64,000 bases of DNA, from IMG/VR virus record IMGVR_UViG_2690315780_000002, positions 2,229-66,228 of that record. One strand, written 5' to 3'. The stretch comes from a virus. Taxonomy: Duplodnaviria; Caudoviricetes. The position numbers and the translations under genes are program-made. This document shows, in pieces, positions 1 through 11,000 of this stretch (position 1 is its first letter; each line of letters starts with the position of its first letter). The notes below the pieces were generated by a model. It saw nothing but the letters and a program-made list of their open reading frames with translations, searched no databases and was not told the origin of the DNA.

Positions 1-201
1 CATGATAGTTACGTGGTTTATAGAGAAGCTATCATTTGGCGAGTTCCAAATGTTATTTCAAGAGTTCAGACAGGCGAAATTATTCCGAGAAGCGATGTTA
101 GCTTTGATGTATTTAAAAGGATAAACGCAGGTTTTGGTATTTCAGAACAAGTAATCCCAAAAAACTTTAAATTTTGGCGTACTTTTTGTTCTAATTATTA
201 G
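1..201 (+). CDS. 3' end of an accessory (moron) gene, convergent with the tail fibre; function unknown
   Basis: Open from the window start (HDSYVVYREAII...FCSNY*), AT-rich, followed by a terminator. Confidence 0.6.
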   Translation, partial: HDSYVVYREAIIWRVPNVISRVQTGEIIPRSDVSFDVFKRINAGFGISEQVIPKNFKFWRTFCSNY

Positions 202-226
202 AGAGTGCATTAAGCACTCTTTTTTT
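202..226 (+). terminator. Rho-independent terminator
   Basis: AGAGTGC-attaa-GCACTCT followed by a T run. Confidence 0.75.
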
Positions 227-332
227 ATTTATGTCTTCGTATGTAATAATTCTTTTTTAGACTTATCTCTTTTATATTTATATTAAGCGGACGAGTTAGT
301 TAGCGAAAACAGTCCGCTCAACAATATCACAA

Positions 333-1700
333 TTAGTCCTCTTCTTTTTGCCTGTGTTCTTCTTCCTCTCTCTGCGCTTCTTCCATCTCACGCATTCTCA
401 CGTTATAGATTGATTGCTCTGGCATCTGTACACGAACGGAAATAAAGCGGCCATCAGGAATATCAATTGGGTCGCCATCGCTATAACCGTCAATTTTATT
501 GTTAGCAAATTCAGGCGCATTAGGGTGAGTACGGTGATAGGTTTTGACGAGAATAGAGCCGTCTTTGTTAACTTTAGAGTTAACCCATATCAGTGGTTGT
601 TTATTTACATCGAGAGGAATTTCAATACCGCCATCGACACCACCCCATCCGGCATCTGAGTTAAAACCAAGTACGCCCTCAATGAGATATTCCCCCTGAG
701 CTACTCGAGTAACCGTAGCGCCATCGGATTCGTCGTTAGTGGTGAATGTGCCGTCGGGATTGATGTCGATAATTGGAGAAGCTTTTTTGATGAAACCTTG
801 TGGGTCTGTTGTGGTGTTACCAGTTCCCCATAAAACATTCCAAACTAATGATTCGCCATGTTTCGATGCAATAGTTGGAATACCTTTATCCCCACTATAG
901 AAAACTTTAGTTGAATTTGTATCATTATATTTTAAATTTATTAATACTCCATATGTACCAAACCAATTGTCATTTTGCCCTCCACCTTGATGATATGTAC
1001 CAGTTGGTGTTAGTGGGTTATTCAAACCTGAGCTATCTATATGTATGGTATTCCCCCCTACTCCATAGTCGCCGATTTGCATAAAGGTGCCACTAGAAGT
1101 CGGGAGTCTATGGATTCCCCAACTAGAGTTTGGATATAATGATGTTATTCGTGGTCCATCCACATCGCACTCTAAATTAATGCTAGAACCATCCTTTACC
1201 CCACCCAATCTACCTTGAAGTGATTGAATTAATCCATCGACAGCTGTGTAACCTAATATTTCCCCACCTTTTTTATCAAATTTATTACTAATATCCCCCT
1301 GCATCTTCTTAATACTATCTAGCGTAACAATCTCCCCGTTCGGCATTTCAATTTTTGTCTGCCCTGTTTCAGTCATCCACGTATTCATCGCATCGAGGAA
1401 ATATTGCGTGTATGCATTTATTGCAACCATCGTTCTGGCTGCATCGCTATTATTATCAGGCTCAGTAATATGAATTGAGAATGTGGTGTTCGTTGCTGTA
1501 GCTAATGCGGGATGTGCTAATACTAATTCAGTATCGGAATTAACAGATTTAATCATATAAGGAATATTCGTGTTTCCCGATTTAATTAAAATCGTCATTC
1601 CGATATTAATGGCAGGATTATTATTTTTAAATTTAGTGCCAGTGCCTTTGACAATAGCAGACCCTGACACTGTGTTAACAGTGCCTGTTGTGTATATCAT
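333..1700 (-). CDS. Tail fibre protein (prophage 1)
   Basis: N-term MIYTTGTV..VKGTGTKF attachment domain; C-term GFIKKASP...DIPDGRFISVRVQMP domain typical of enterobacterial prophage fibres; last tail gene. Confidence 0.85.
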   Translation of the reverse strand: MIYTTGTVNTVSGSAIVKGTGTKFKNNNPAINIGMTILIKSGNTNIPYMIKSVNSDTELVLAHPALATATNTTFSIHITEPDNNSDAARTMVAINAYTQYFLDAMNTWMTETGQTKIEMPNGEIVTLDSIKKMQGDISNKFDKKGGEILGYTAVDGLIQSLQGRLGGVKDGSSINLECDVDGPRITSLYPNSSWGIHRLPTSSGTFMQIGDYGVGGNTIHIDSSGLNNPLTPTGTYHQGGGQNDNWFGTYGVLINLKYNDTNSTKVFYSGDKGIPTIASKHGESLVWNVLWGTGNTTTDPQGFIKKASPIIDINPDGTFTTNDESDGATVTRVAQGEYLIEGVLGFNSDAGWGGVDGGIEIPLDVNKQPLIWVNSKVNKDGSILVKTYHRTHPNAPEFANNKIDGYSDGDPIDIPDGRFISVRVQMPEQSIYNVRMREMEEAQREEEEHRQKEED

Positions 1701-1736
1701 AAATAAGTTTTCCTAGAGGTATAAATGAAGGGTTAA

Positions 1737-2780
1737 TTAAATATTAAAGTAGTCGCTGAGTTCGATGCCGTAGATATTAAATTCTATTTTAAATGCATTA
1801 CCACCAATTGCTCCGTATGGTCCACCGTACTCTGAATCTATACTGTATATATCATCCCAATAAACACTATTACTATCATTTCTAAAGCCAAAGCCAGTGC
1901 GCATATAGATAACATCATCTCTATTACTCCCCTGTATTCTCCAGTTGACGAATTGTGCATCTGGAATAATCATCGGTTTTTTTAGTTTAGAGAATGAAGC
2001 GCCATTCCGATTACTAAATCGTGTCGTCTCTCCGAGTTTCATAGGTTTATAGTCGGATGAAAATGTAATTTCTTTTTTATCATTATAAATCACAATGCCA
2101 TATTTGGGTGGGCTTAGCTTAAAGTTAGTACAAAATATAACAACATACATTTCACATGAATTACTGACAACAAGACCTCTTGCCTTTGTATATGAAAATA
2201 CCGTTCCAGAATTTTTAGGTCTCACAAAGATAACAGGATTCATTTCATTAGTAATGTGTGATGGGATACTCCAACCATTATACTTACCCGCATTTATCTT
2301 CACGACTTCAGCAAATAAACAATACCCTCGCATTGATGGAGTAAGCTCACTAATACCGTTCATTCCATGCAGTCTAATTCCGTATGATTCATTATTTGTT
2401 TTTGGATAACCATAAAAATCAAATTTAAAGTCTGGATCATTCTCTGCATCTTCTGAGTTCACCCGATAAGAGCCACTGATATCATCATCTACATAAAAAT
2501 TAAAATTCTCTCCAGATATATTATAATCTGTTATATTTGCGGAAAACCAATAATACATTCCTGACACTTTATATGTTCGTGATATTATTCGTGGGATTAT
2601 AGTTATATTGTATTTTTCATATTCCTCAATGTTATGCTTTATTGTATTCCACCCTTTTCGAGGGAAATGTCCGAATCGATATCCAACATTTACCGTTCCT
2701 AAATACCCCATTACTTGATTATCATCAGCATCTAAATAATATTCGTTGCCGATTTCTGGTTTAACATAAACGCCATACAT
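1737..2780 (-). CDS. Tail-associated protein between tip and fibre (DUF6453-like)
   Basis: Repeated YG-hydrophobic motifs (MYGVYV, SYGIRL, KYGIVIYND..ITFSSD); position in tail operon. Confidence 0.65.
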   Translation of the reverse strand: MYGVYVKPEIGNEYYLDADDNQVMGYLGTVNVGYRFGHFPRKGWNTIKHNIEEYEKYNITIIPRIISRTYKVSGMYYWFSANITDYNISGENFNFYVDDDISGSYRVNSEDAENDPDFKFDFYGYPKTNNESYGIRLHGMNGISELTPSMRGYCLFAEVVKINAGKYNGWSIPSHITNEMNPVIFVRPKNSGTVFSYTKARGLVVSNSCEMYVVIFCTNFKLSPPKYGIVIYNDKKEITFSSDYKPMKLGETTRFSNRNGASFSKLKKPMIIPDAQFVNWRIQGSNRDDVIYMRTGFGFRNDSNSVYWDDIYSIDSEYGGPYGAIGGNAFKIEFNIYGIELSDYFNI

Positions 2781-2783
2781 TAA

Positions 2784-5705
2784 TTAAACTCCTGTTATTT
2801 TTCCTATTTCAATCCTGAGCTCTCCTTTATCACCGTAAACCGCAATCCGTTCATTTGTAATAACGGTATGCGCCCCAGTCTTGTTTGTTCCTATATCTAA
2901 TTCACCTCGGAACGTTCCTTTGTTCATTTCAATATTGCCAGTTTTACCATCAATCAAAAAACCATCATTATCCGGAACATAATCACCTGATTTAATGTAT
3001 TCGGTAACAACAACAGAATTAAGCCATGCCTCGTTAATAAAGGCCTCACGCATAAACATTTGGCCGTTTTTAACGTACATGAACAATTCCATTTTGCCGT
3101 TAACAGGGTTATACCAAGCAAAGTTATTGGCGTTATAGCCAATAAAACTTTCAAGCTTCCCGTTCTTAACCTGAGCACTAATTACTTGCCCTGCTGCATT
3201 GTATTTTACGTTGCTATGAACAATCGTGATATTAATTGAGTGAGTGACAACGCCGTCGCCAGACTGCTCAAACGTAGCTTGCATCTTCTCCTGAATCATA
3301 CCTTCTTGTTTATCAAACTTAGCTTGAACTTGTGTTTTATTTTCGGCAAAAGCCTTGTTTGTGTTAGAGATGGCAGTAGAGTTTGAAACAATATCGGCTT
3401 GAGCCTTATCTATTTCCGTACGAATTTCAGTAAATCGCTGACCAAAAGCCTCGTCAAGCTTGGTAATTGACGATTGAGTCTCTTTAATTGCAGACGTATT
3501 ATCACCAACAGCGGAGTAAATTTCTTTAACTTCCTGCGCCCATGCTTCATTATCCGTTGCACGAACTTGCCATAATTCGCGAATACCCGCTTGTGATTGA
3601 CCGTGTTTCATTAACACACTGCGTGATAGTTGAGAGTCAGCGTTACTAAGAATAATTGCTGTCTCAGCATTCCAATCAAGCTTATTATCCAGCTCTTTAA
3701 ACGCATCCGTTTCTCTAACCGTGTTATCTAAATCATCAAAGATATCTGAAGGTAATGAAACTGGAATACCTGAAGCTTCTACAAATACGGATTTGCCATA
3801 ACTATTGATCGTTCGGATATAGAAATAATACGTGTGGCCAGCTTTTAAATTCTCCTGCGTCCAGAAGTTTCCTTGACCAACTTTGTTTGCTTTGTTGATC
3901 ACTTCATTTTCAGAGAGATTAGTGAGTTTTTTTTCACTAAACCAAAACTCAAACGTATAACCAAAGACAGCACTATCGCCCTGTTTAGGTGATGCCGTTA
4001 AGCTGAACATGCCCGGCGTTATTTCAACACCGATCGGCGCTGGCGGTGCCTGAATAGAAAAATCACTAATGGCAGGAGCAGACATTGCACCAGCGACATT
4101 AATGGCTCTCACTTCGACACGATAAGTGCCTCGAGTTAAACCATTAATATCTACACGCTCTCCCGGTACCTGAATGGATTGAATGACTTTGCCGTTTTGG
4201 AGAATATTAACCGTGTTATAGCGAACATCAGATGCCACGTTCTGCCATGAGATATATCCCTGAACAATATCGGTGACAGCAAGAGGAATAAAGGCTAGGT
4301 TGATAGGTGCGGGTGCGCCACCAGTGGGTAGTTTAGTGAATGGAGGTCTAACAAATGGTTTACTAGCTAAGTCCTCATAAATATAAGAACCATCTTCTTC
4401 GAGAGTAATCTCTACCCCTTCTGATGGATGAAATTTCCAATCAGCAATGCGAAATTCTAAATCGCTAATCCCCAGCGAAGGTAATTCGAGTTTTACAACA
4501 TCACCAGGGCGATAAGCATAACCATCTAAATTCATGCGCAATTGAATACGACGACCTGCGCGTTTTTTACGTAAATAGAGATTGGCTAGTCGATTGGCTT
4601 GGTATGGGCTAGTAACAAAACGATAGTCCATATTTTCTTTAATTTCTAAGCCATCTTCTTCTATCCATTCATCAATAACCACTGGCTCAAAATCGGTTTT
4701 GTTATACTGTTGTTCTGCGTCAACAAAAGTGCCATAAATCGCATTAGTTGCATCACGTAATGAAAGTTCGGGTGTCACTGTCACTGTATCGATAATTTGT
4801 GACTCATCAATCGTCAGTAGTGCTGGCCCGTTATACACCTGCATTAAAATGCCGTGCTTACCTGCAATATAGGTCGGCTCTCCAGCAATACATTTATGCA
4901 TCATCTCTAATACAGAGGCAGGGCTTTCTTCAAGTTCATAAGCGCCATTTAAGGTGTATCTAGGCTCACTTTTTCCATCTGGCGTTTGTACGGTTTCATC
5001 ACAAATATCTGCTGCACTTTTAAATGCATCCCAATCAATATCGGAGTCTGGAACACCTAAGTAATGGCGATAGTAATCTAATATGACCAAGGCACCATTA
5101 TTGGACCACGCTATTTTTTCGGTGCGGGGATCGTAAATTTCTTTTCCCCATAGTTCACTTTTAACGTTAGGAACACCATAAGGGAATTTTTCTTGATCAA
5201 AGCGTAATGTTAAGCGTAACCATGCAAGCCCTCGACCAATCATATCCTCTTTCCATGAAGGGGCATGTTTTAATAGGTATGGATCCGCCTCAGTTCTACT
5301 GTTATGAAATTCGTATTGTGCGTTGTCGCCTAAATCTTCAATTTTGTCATCATTGAAATAAATTTGACCTAATTTATGGATAGGGTGGGATGCTATGGCT
5401 AAAGCCATATAAAGTTCTTCGTTTTCGTCTTGTTCACCTTCCTCTTCTTCGGCAAAGAAAAGCAAGCCCGACATCATTGTTTTGCCTACAACGACCGTTT
5501 CTGGTGCTGATGCTGAACGTAGCATTTGCTTACGCTCAGATTGATCACGATAACCTGATCCGGGCACTTTATCTTTAAAGATAAACGCACTCGCCGCTTG
5601 AACAGCAATACCAGCAACAATCAATGCGGTACCCAAACCACCTGTGGCAATAACTCCTGCTATCATTAAGCCAGCAGAGACAACGCTTGTGACTGTCTTA
5701 CCCAT
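2784..5705 (-). CDS. Tail tip / host-specificity protein (J-like, FN3 and DUF1983-like C-terminus)
   Basis: 973 aa; IYDPRT..WSNN motif, FN3-like YRVEVRAIN, coiled coil, IKSGDY..GFLID. Confidence 0.85.
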   Translation of the reverse strand: MGKTVTSVVSAGLMIAGVIATGGLGTALIVAGIAVQAASAFIFKDKVPGSGYRDQSERKQMLRSASAPETVVVGKTMMSGLLFFAEEEEGEQDENEELYMALAIASHPIHKLGQIYFNDDKIEDLGDNAQYEFHNSRTEADPYLLKHAPSWKEDMIGRGLAWLRLTLRFDQEKFPYGVPNVKSELWGKEIYDPRTEKIAWSNNGALVILDYYRHYLGVPDSDIDWDAFKSAADICDETVQTPDGKSEPRYTLNGAYELEESPASVLEMMHKCIAGEPTYIAGKHGILMQVYNGPALLTIDESQIIDTVTVTPELSLRDATNAIYGTFVDAEQQYNKTDFEPVVIDEWIEEDGLEIKENMDYRFVTSPYQANRLANLYLRKKRAGRRIQLRMNLDGYAYRPGDVVKLELPSLGISDLEFRIADWKFHPSEGVEITLEEDGSYIYEDLASKPFVRPPFTKLPTGGAPAPINLAFIPLAVTDIVQGYISWQNVASDVRYNTVNILQNGKVIQSIQVPGERVDINGLTRGTYRVEVRAINVAGAMSAPAISDFSIQAPPAPIGVEITPGMFSLTASPKQGDSAVFGYTFEFWFSEKKLTNLSENEVINKANKVGQGNFWTQENLKAGHTYYFYIRTINSYGKSVFVEASGIPVSLPSDIFDDLDNTVRETDAFKELDNKLDWNAETAIILSNADSQLSRSVLMKHGQSQAGIRELWQVRATDNEAWAQEVKEIYSAVGDNTSAIKETQSSITKLDEAFGQRFTEIRTEIDKAQADIVSNSTAISNTNKAFAENKTQVQAKFDKQEGMIQEKMQATFEQSGDGVVTHSINITIVHSNVKYNAAGQVISAQVKNGKLESFIGYNANNFAWYNPVNGKMELFMYVKNGQMFMREAFINEAWLNSVVVTEYIKSGDYVPDNDGFLIDGKTGNIEMNKGTFRGELDIGTNKTGAHTVITNERIAVYGDKGELRIEIGKITGV

Positions 5706-6104
5706 TTATTGTACTCTCCATGCTTTAATTGGTTTATTGCTCACCGCGCGAACTCCATCCGTTGAAACTGCCCATAGTTTGCCAGCCCATAACACACCCA
5801 GCGTTTCCCCTTCATCCCCTTCAAACATCACAATGTCACCACGCCCTGCTTCGTTTGTTGGAACTTCATCAAAAAAACGGCTCACAGCGCCGTCCAATGT
5901 CCCAAACTCTTTTTGTAATACTCTGAATGCACCTGTTTTTGTTTTGTAGCGCCCACGAATACTTTCACAGGGATCAAAATCACAAACAGCAATAACGCAA
6001 TCGGAAGCAAACAAGCAGCAATCATGTTCACCCCATGCAAAAGGGCGGTTAATGGCATTTTTCAAAGTTTCAGGTAGGCGGGTAGTCCATTGAGGGTGTC
6101 TCAT
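5706..6104 (-). CDS. Tail NlpC/P60-like protein (DUF6950-like)
   Basis: PFAWGEHDCCLFA and RGDIV motifs. Confidence 0.75.
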   Translation of the reverse strand: MRHPQWTTRLPETLKNAINRPFAWGEHDCCLFASDCVIAVCDFDPCESIRGRYKTKTGAFRVLQKEFGTLDGAVSRFFDEVPTNEAGRGDIVMFEGDEGETLGVLWAGKLWAVSTDGVRAVSNKPIKAWRVQ

Positions 6105-6120
6105 GATTTTCTCCAGACAA

Positions 6121-6144
6121 TAAAAAACCCGCCGAAGCGGGTTA
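6121..6144 (-). terminator. Rho-independent terminator after the moron gene
   Basis: AAAAAACCCGC-cgaa-GCGGGTT on + strand. Confidence 0.75.
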
Positions 6145-6161
6145 ATGAAAATATAAATATA

Positions 6162-6812
6162 TCATTTAAATTTTAGCGATTTCTGTATATACGACTCTGT
6201 TTTCTCATCATAAGTAACCACGGTAACATAATAACTTCTTATCATTGCTCCAAACCCATTTTGAGAGTCTACGTAAGAATCAATCTGAAATGAACATTTC
6301 CCTGCGATTGCAATATCCACTTCAGAATAATGAGGGAACTTTGCAGTAGTTGGTGATTTTAATGTTCTTTTGATTATACTATTGGATGCCAAATAAGCTC
6401 TTTCTTCGCTATTACAATAATCAATTCCCTTTTTTTCATCACCAGAAAAATAAGTTAAAAACAAATAAAACAGAGGACCAGCAATAAGAATAAAAACAAA
6501 TAGATATATATAGTTATTAATTGGTTCTACTTTTCCTTCTTGGCTTATAATCTTATTGTCATTTATTTCTATAGGAAGTTTACCTTTTTCGAAGAGGAAT
6601 TTTTCTAAATTCTTAGTCTTTATATGATAGATAATTTCACTATCATCACCAAGGGTAGCAGTAGCTAATCCATTCTTAATCATAGAAAGAAATATTGCGT
6701 TAGCCTCATTTATATCGATATTAAATGATAACAACAACTCCTTTGGTTTTATTTTTTCCTTGCTAATTAAAAAATAAAGTATGTCCTCATATAAATTATA
6801 ACGTTCTGCCAT
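6162..6812 (-). CDS. Moron: single-TM membrane protein inserted in the tail operon
   Basis: Very AT-rich; central TM (YIYLFVFILIAGPLFYLFL); C-terminal LKSPTTAKF...VDSQNGFGAMIRSYY domain. Confidence 0.7.
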   Translation of the reverse strand: MAERYNLYEDILYFLISKEKIKPKELLLSFNIDINEANAIFLSMIKNGLATATLGDDSEIIYHIKTKNLEKFLFEKGKLPIEINDNKIISQEGKVEPINNYIYLFVFILIAGPLFYLFLTYFSGDEKKGIDYCNSEERAYLASNSIIKRTLKSPTTAKFPHYSEVDIAIAGKCSFQIDSYVDSQNGFGAMIRSYYVTVVTYDEKTESYIQKSLKFK

Positions 6813-6830
6813 AGAATCACCGATTTATAT

Positions 6831-7412
6831 CTATTTATAAATAAACGCAGGTGCATTTTTCTTGCTACCCCAATAAATAGCCCGATCAGCCATCTGCGCC
6901 ACATAACGAAATATCCTATCGCCATTTTTACGTTTAGACCATGATTCATCAGTAAATCTGTCGGGTAACCCATAAGACCATCGTTCGAAACGGTTTGAAA
7001 CAGTGACCGCTATTTCATTCTCTTCACCTGTTGTCACACCAATTGTGGATATTTGTCCTGCAAATAATACTTCAGCAAGTGCAGGTTTACTCTCTTCATT
7101 TAATGCAACTAACATCAATTGCGCATTTCGTCCACGAACTCGCTCATTCATCACTTCTCCAATTAATGAAGAATCAAAACCTGAGAGTTTCATAATAAGC
7201 TGCTGTGGGCTTGTGGTCATATTCTCCCCAACTGATTCAATTGCCCCAAACTGACCAACACCTTGATAAACTTCACCAGCAATAATGATATTACCCACAC
7301 CGGTATGTGCTCTTACGACACCTGATTTAAGATCTAAACGAGAGGCAACAACCAAATAATACCCCTCATTAATTGCCTTAACCATGTCATTACTAAAGGG
7401 ATGATATTTCAT
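6831..7412 (-). CDS. Minor tail protein
   Basis: 193-aa ORF in tail operon after the distal tail gene; ends YVAQMADRAIYWG. Confidence 0.7.
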   Translation of the reverse strand: MKYHPFSNDMVKAINEGYYLVVASRLDLKSGVVRAHTGVGNIIIAGEVYQGVGQFGAIESVGENMTTSPQQLIMKLSGFDSSLIGEVMNERVRGRNAQLMLVALNEESKPALAEVLFAGQISTIGVTTGEENEIAVTVSNRFERWSYGLPDRFTDESWSKRKNGDRIFRYVAQMADRAIYWGSKKNAPAFIYK

Positions 7413-8008
7413 GTTAATGCCTCCTCGAATGACAAAGAAGTGCTAGTAAGTATGCCCGGTTTACGTTGGAAATTACCCTGATCATTACTAGTTAGTTTAA
7501 AAATACCGTATGGCGCTTCATTTTCTATCAAATCATTTACCGCCGGTGCATAACGTAATATAGGGGCAATAGGAATTGTTGCGTTTCCTTGTGCATCACT
7601 AATCACATTAGCCGTCACTCGCTTTAGTTCATCATTTACCGTGATATAATCACCAATGCGTAAAACAATGCTATTGGGTAACCAGTCTTTACTTTCTAAT
7701 AATTTTCCAGATTGATTGGGTTGGCTAACTTTAGGTTTACCGCGTTGAGTTAAACCAGAACGCGCCCAATCACTAATTTTCACTCGACCACTTTCACCAT
7801 CTAACTCGGCAACAAACGCCTCTAAAACCCTTGCTTGCTCATCGGTCAAATTATTAAATGACATACCGCAACGCCAACGCGAGCCGGGAAAGCGTACTGT
7901 CTGCACACTCCCCGTAAAAGTTGATGTAAAGGTTTTACTGTTACTCACGAGTTGCCAGCTTAATGAGGCTGGCACGATGGATTGTGGCCACGATAATATC
8001 GTTGCCAT
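7409..8008 (-). CDS. Distal tail protein (Dit-like)
   Basis: Directly after tape measure; FTGSVQTVRFPGSRW motif. Confidence 0.7.
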   Translation of the reverse strand: MATILSWPQSIVPASLSWQLVSNSKTFTSTFTGSVQTVRFPGSRWRCGMSFNNLTDEQARVLEAFVAELDGESGRVKISDWARSGLTQRGKPKVSQPNQSGKLLESKDWLPNSIVLRIGDYITVNDELKRVTANVISDAQGNATIPIAPILRYAPAVNDLIENEAPYGIFKLTSNDQGNFQRKPGILTSTSLSFEEALT

Positions 8009-11000
8009 TTATCGTAGGTTCCTTCTTAATGTTCCATTGGTTTGAAAGTCTCGCATAATGTCAGATTTGGCTTTTGATGCACCTTGTTCTGCTCCCATTC
8101 TTGCTGCTTCCTGTATAGCTTGATAAAGCGCTTCATCACCATTACCTGTTACATGAAATGTTTGATGAATAATAGTATCGCCCGACGCAACAGAGTTGCT
8201 TCCGGTTGCTCTAACGCCTAAAGATCCATCAGGTCCACGTTTTAAAGGCATGATCGCCTCGCTTCCAGCTTCCCCCATCAAGCCAAGATTAGGCGTACCA
8301 CCTTTTGCAAAGGCAAATAATGTCGGTGAACTAACCACCTGGTTGCTATATTGGCTGAGGCTTGGTGAGCTGTAAACATCCCCTTTGGCGTTCGCTTTTA
8401 CACCCACCTTACCCGCTTTAGCGCCACTTGCTGTACCGCTACTGCCACCAGCAAAACCGCCTATTAATCCTGTCAATGCATTGGTAATTTGAGCCTGAAT
8501 AGCAATACGAATAAGATCGGAAATAATTGAACTAGCTAATGATGAAGAAAATTCCTTAATACCTTCTGAAAAGGATTTCGTTCCCATTAACATGCCGGTC
8601 ATTGCATTGGCGGTTCGTTGTTCAACTGCATCAACTAAATTCATTTGCATGCGTTGCCACATGCCTTGAGATGCGTAAAGCTCTTTACTTGATTGATATT
8701 GTGCTTCTTTTGACTTATTCGTAGCGGCAATAATTAACTGCTCATAGCGCTCTTTGCTCACTAATCCATCTTCATAGTAAGCCTGATAAAGCGCTTTTTG
8801 TTCTTCCAGTTGGTTTCTGAGTTGAATAACGGGATCTATTTCACCAAGGATGCTGATATTAGGCAGAGAAATCCCTTTTGCTTGTTCTGATAATCGATAC
8901 TTTGTCGTATCTTGCGCCATTTGGCGTCGTGCATATTGATATTCTTTTTCAGTCAATAGCTGTTGTTCAAAGAGCGATTTAAGCTCTTTTGTCATCTCTT
9001 GTTCATTTCGGATGGATGCGCGCATAGGAGAGTATTTTTCTGCTAATTCTGCACGCTGTTTCATGTGATTTTCAGCATTGAGCGTTTTTAATCGCTCATA
9101 CTCTGCTTGCTTCATCCCACCCGCTTTCAAATTTTCTTGAAGCTTACGCATTGTTTCAGATTCACTTAACGATATGCGTTCTAGGCTTGTTGCATGCTCT
9201 TGCTCTATCTGCATGCGTAATTGATGGTATTGATTCACTTTTTGTTTGGAGCCTGAAGTTAAATCATTCCCCCCGCCACCACTTCCTCCATCACCAATAG
9301 GTTTATCTTCCTTCGGTTCCGGTGGTTTTTCCCCTTTATCTAGGCGAGTTGTGGCATCAATAATATTATTAATTTTAGCTTCAGTTATTTTTATATTTTC
9401 ATTAACAGTTTCAACGCTCGCTTCTAACCTTGTTGCTTCCTTCTCCCAATCCTTGGCAAAAGGTAAATCTTTAGTCCATGGCATTTCTTTTTGGTCAAAG
9501 GCCTGGCTTCTAGCATCATTAAGCTCTTTAACCATTTTATTTCTTTCAATAACAATGTTTTGTAGTTCATCTTGCGTATTAATTAGTTTCAAATTTAATT
9601 GCTTTCGAGATAACAACATTAACGCTTCTGTTGTTTCAACTATTGCATCTTTCAAATTAAGGGCACTATTTCTCGCCTCAACTGCTTTATTGCGAAAATA
9701 ATAAATCGCTGAACCGGCAAGCATCGCAGCACCAACAGGACCTCCTAGCGCGGAAAAAACCCCCTTCAATGCCATACTCGATGCACGCAATGCCCTTTGA
9801 CTATAAGAAACACGACTGTTTGCAGCTGCTAATTGATTTTTACCAACACTTTCTAAGCGATCTGCCTCTCTTATTTGACGATTTAGTGCCAAATATTCCT
9901 TTTGATAACTCGCCGTAATGCCGTACTGTCTATTCAATACAGATTGGGTTCCTAGTCTTCTAGCCTCCTGTTGAGCTTGCTCTCGCATTGCTTTTGCCGA
10001 ATCAATCGTAGCCTGAGCCGAAATTCTAGTCTGTTTTACACTATTTCTTACTGCTGCTTCATTTTTCACCCACTCTTTAGTTTGATCTTGAAGCCCTCTG
10101 GTCATTCGAGCGCCAATAACAGGTAAAACAGCATAAGTGGCCACATCAGCTAAAGCAGAAAAATTATTCGTTAATGTATTTACTGCTGAAGTAACATTTT
10201 GCACCCCTGTTCGTAGAGGACCGTCAGCACTTGAACCCACAGCAAGAGCAATGCCCTCAAATGCGGTAGCCATTAATTCTAAATCACCATTTAAATTATC
10301 AGCGCGCTTACTTGCCTGTTCATACGCCGTTTCAGTGTCAGTAAGTGCTTTGGTTAAATCAACTAGCTGATCCCGATTTTTAACTAAAATAGTGCCAGCG
10401 CTGACATTGGCGCGACCAAATATTTTTGTCGATGCAGTAGTGGAGTAGTTTTTCTTGTCTAGGTTATCCAATGCGGTAGATAGACCGACAACGGAAGGGC
10501 GTAGATTTTTATCTGCCGAGCGCTCTAAAGCCAAAATAACGTTACGCAACATCGTACCCGCATCAGAGGCTTTTATCCCTTTCCCTGCTAAAACTTGAAT
10601 GGATGCATTAAGTTGTTCAAATGAAAGACCGGCTTGAGAAGCGATAGTTCCGCTCTTTATAATCGCTTGTGCTGTTTCGTTAATTTCAGATGCACCGTAT
10701 TTTGCACCTGCTGCTAATACGTTAATATAACGCTCAGATGAGACAGCGGACTCACCAAACTGATTGAGACTTAAGGTAAGAGATTTCGCCGCATCGGATA
10801 ACTCAATACCTGAAGCTTGCGCCAAGGTAATCGATTTAGCCGTTACCTCTTCTAAGGCACCTGCTGTCTGCAGTAATGACGGTTTTGCTGACGCAATGAG
10901 TTTCATCGCATCCGCGACTTTTATTGCGCCAAATTCCGTTGTTCGCCCCATTTCCAAAGATGCATCTCTGTACTCTTTCATGCGCTCAATCGAAGCGCCT

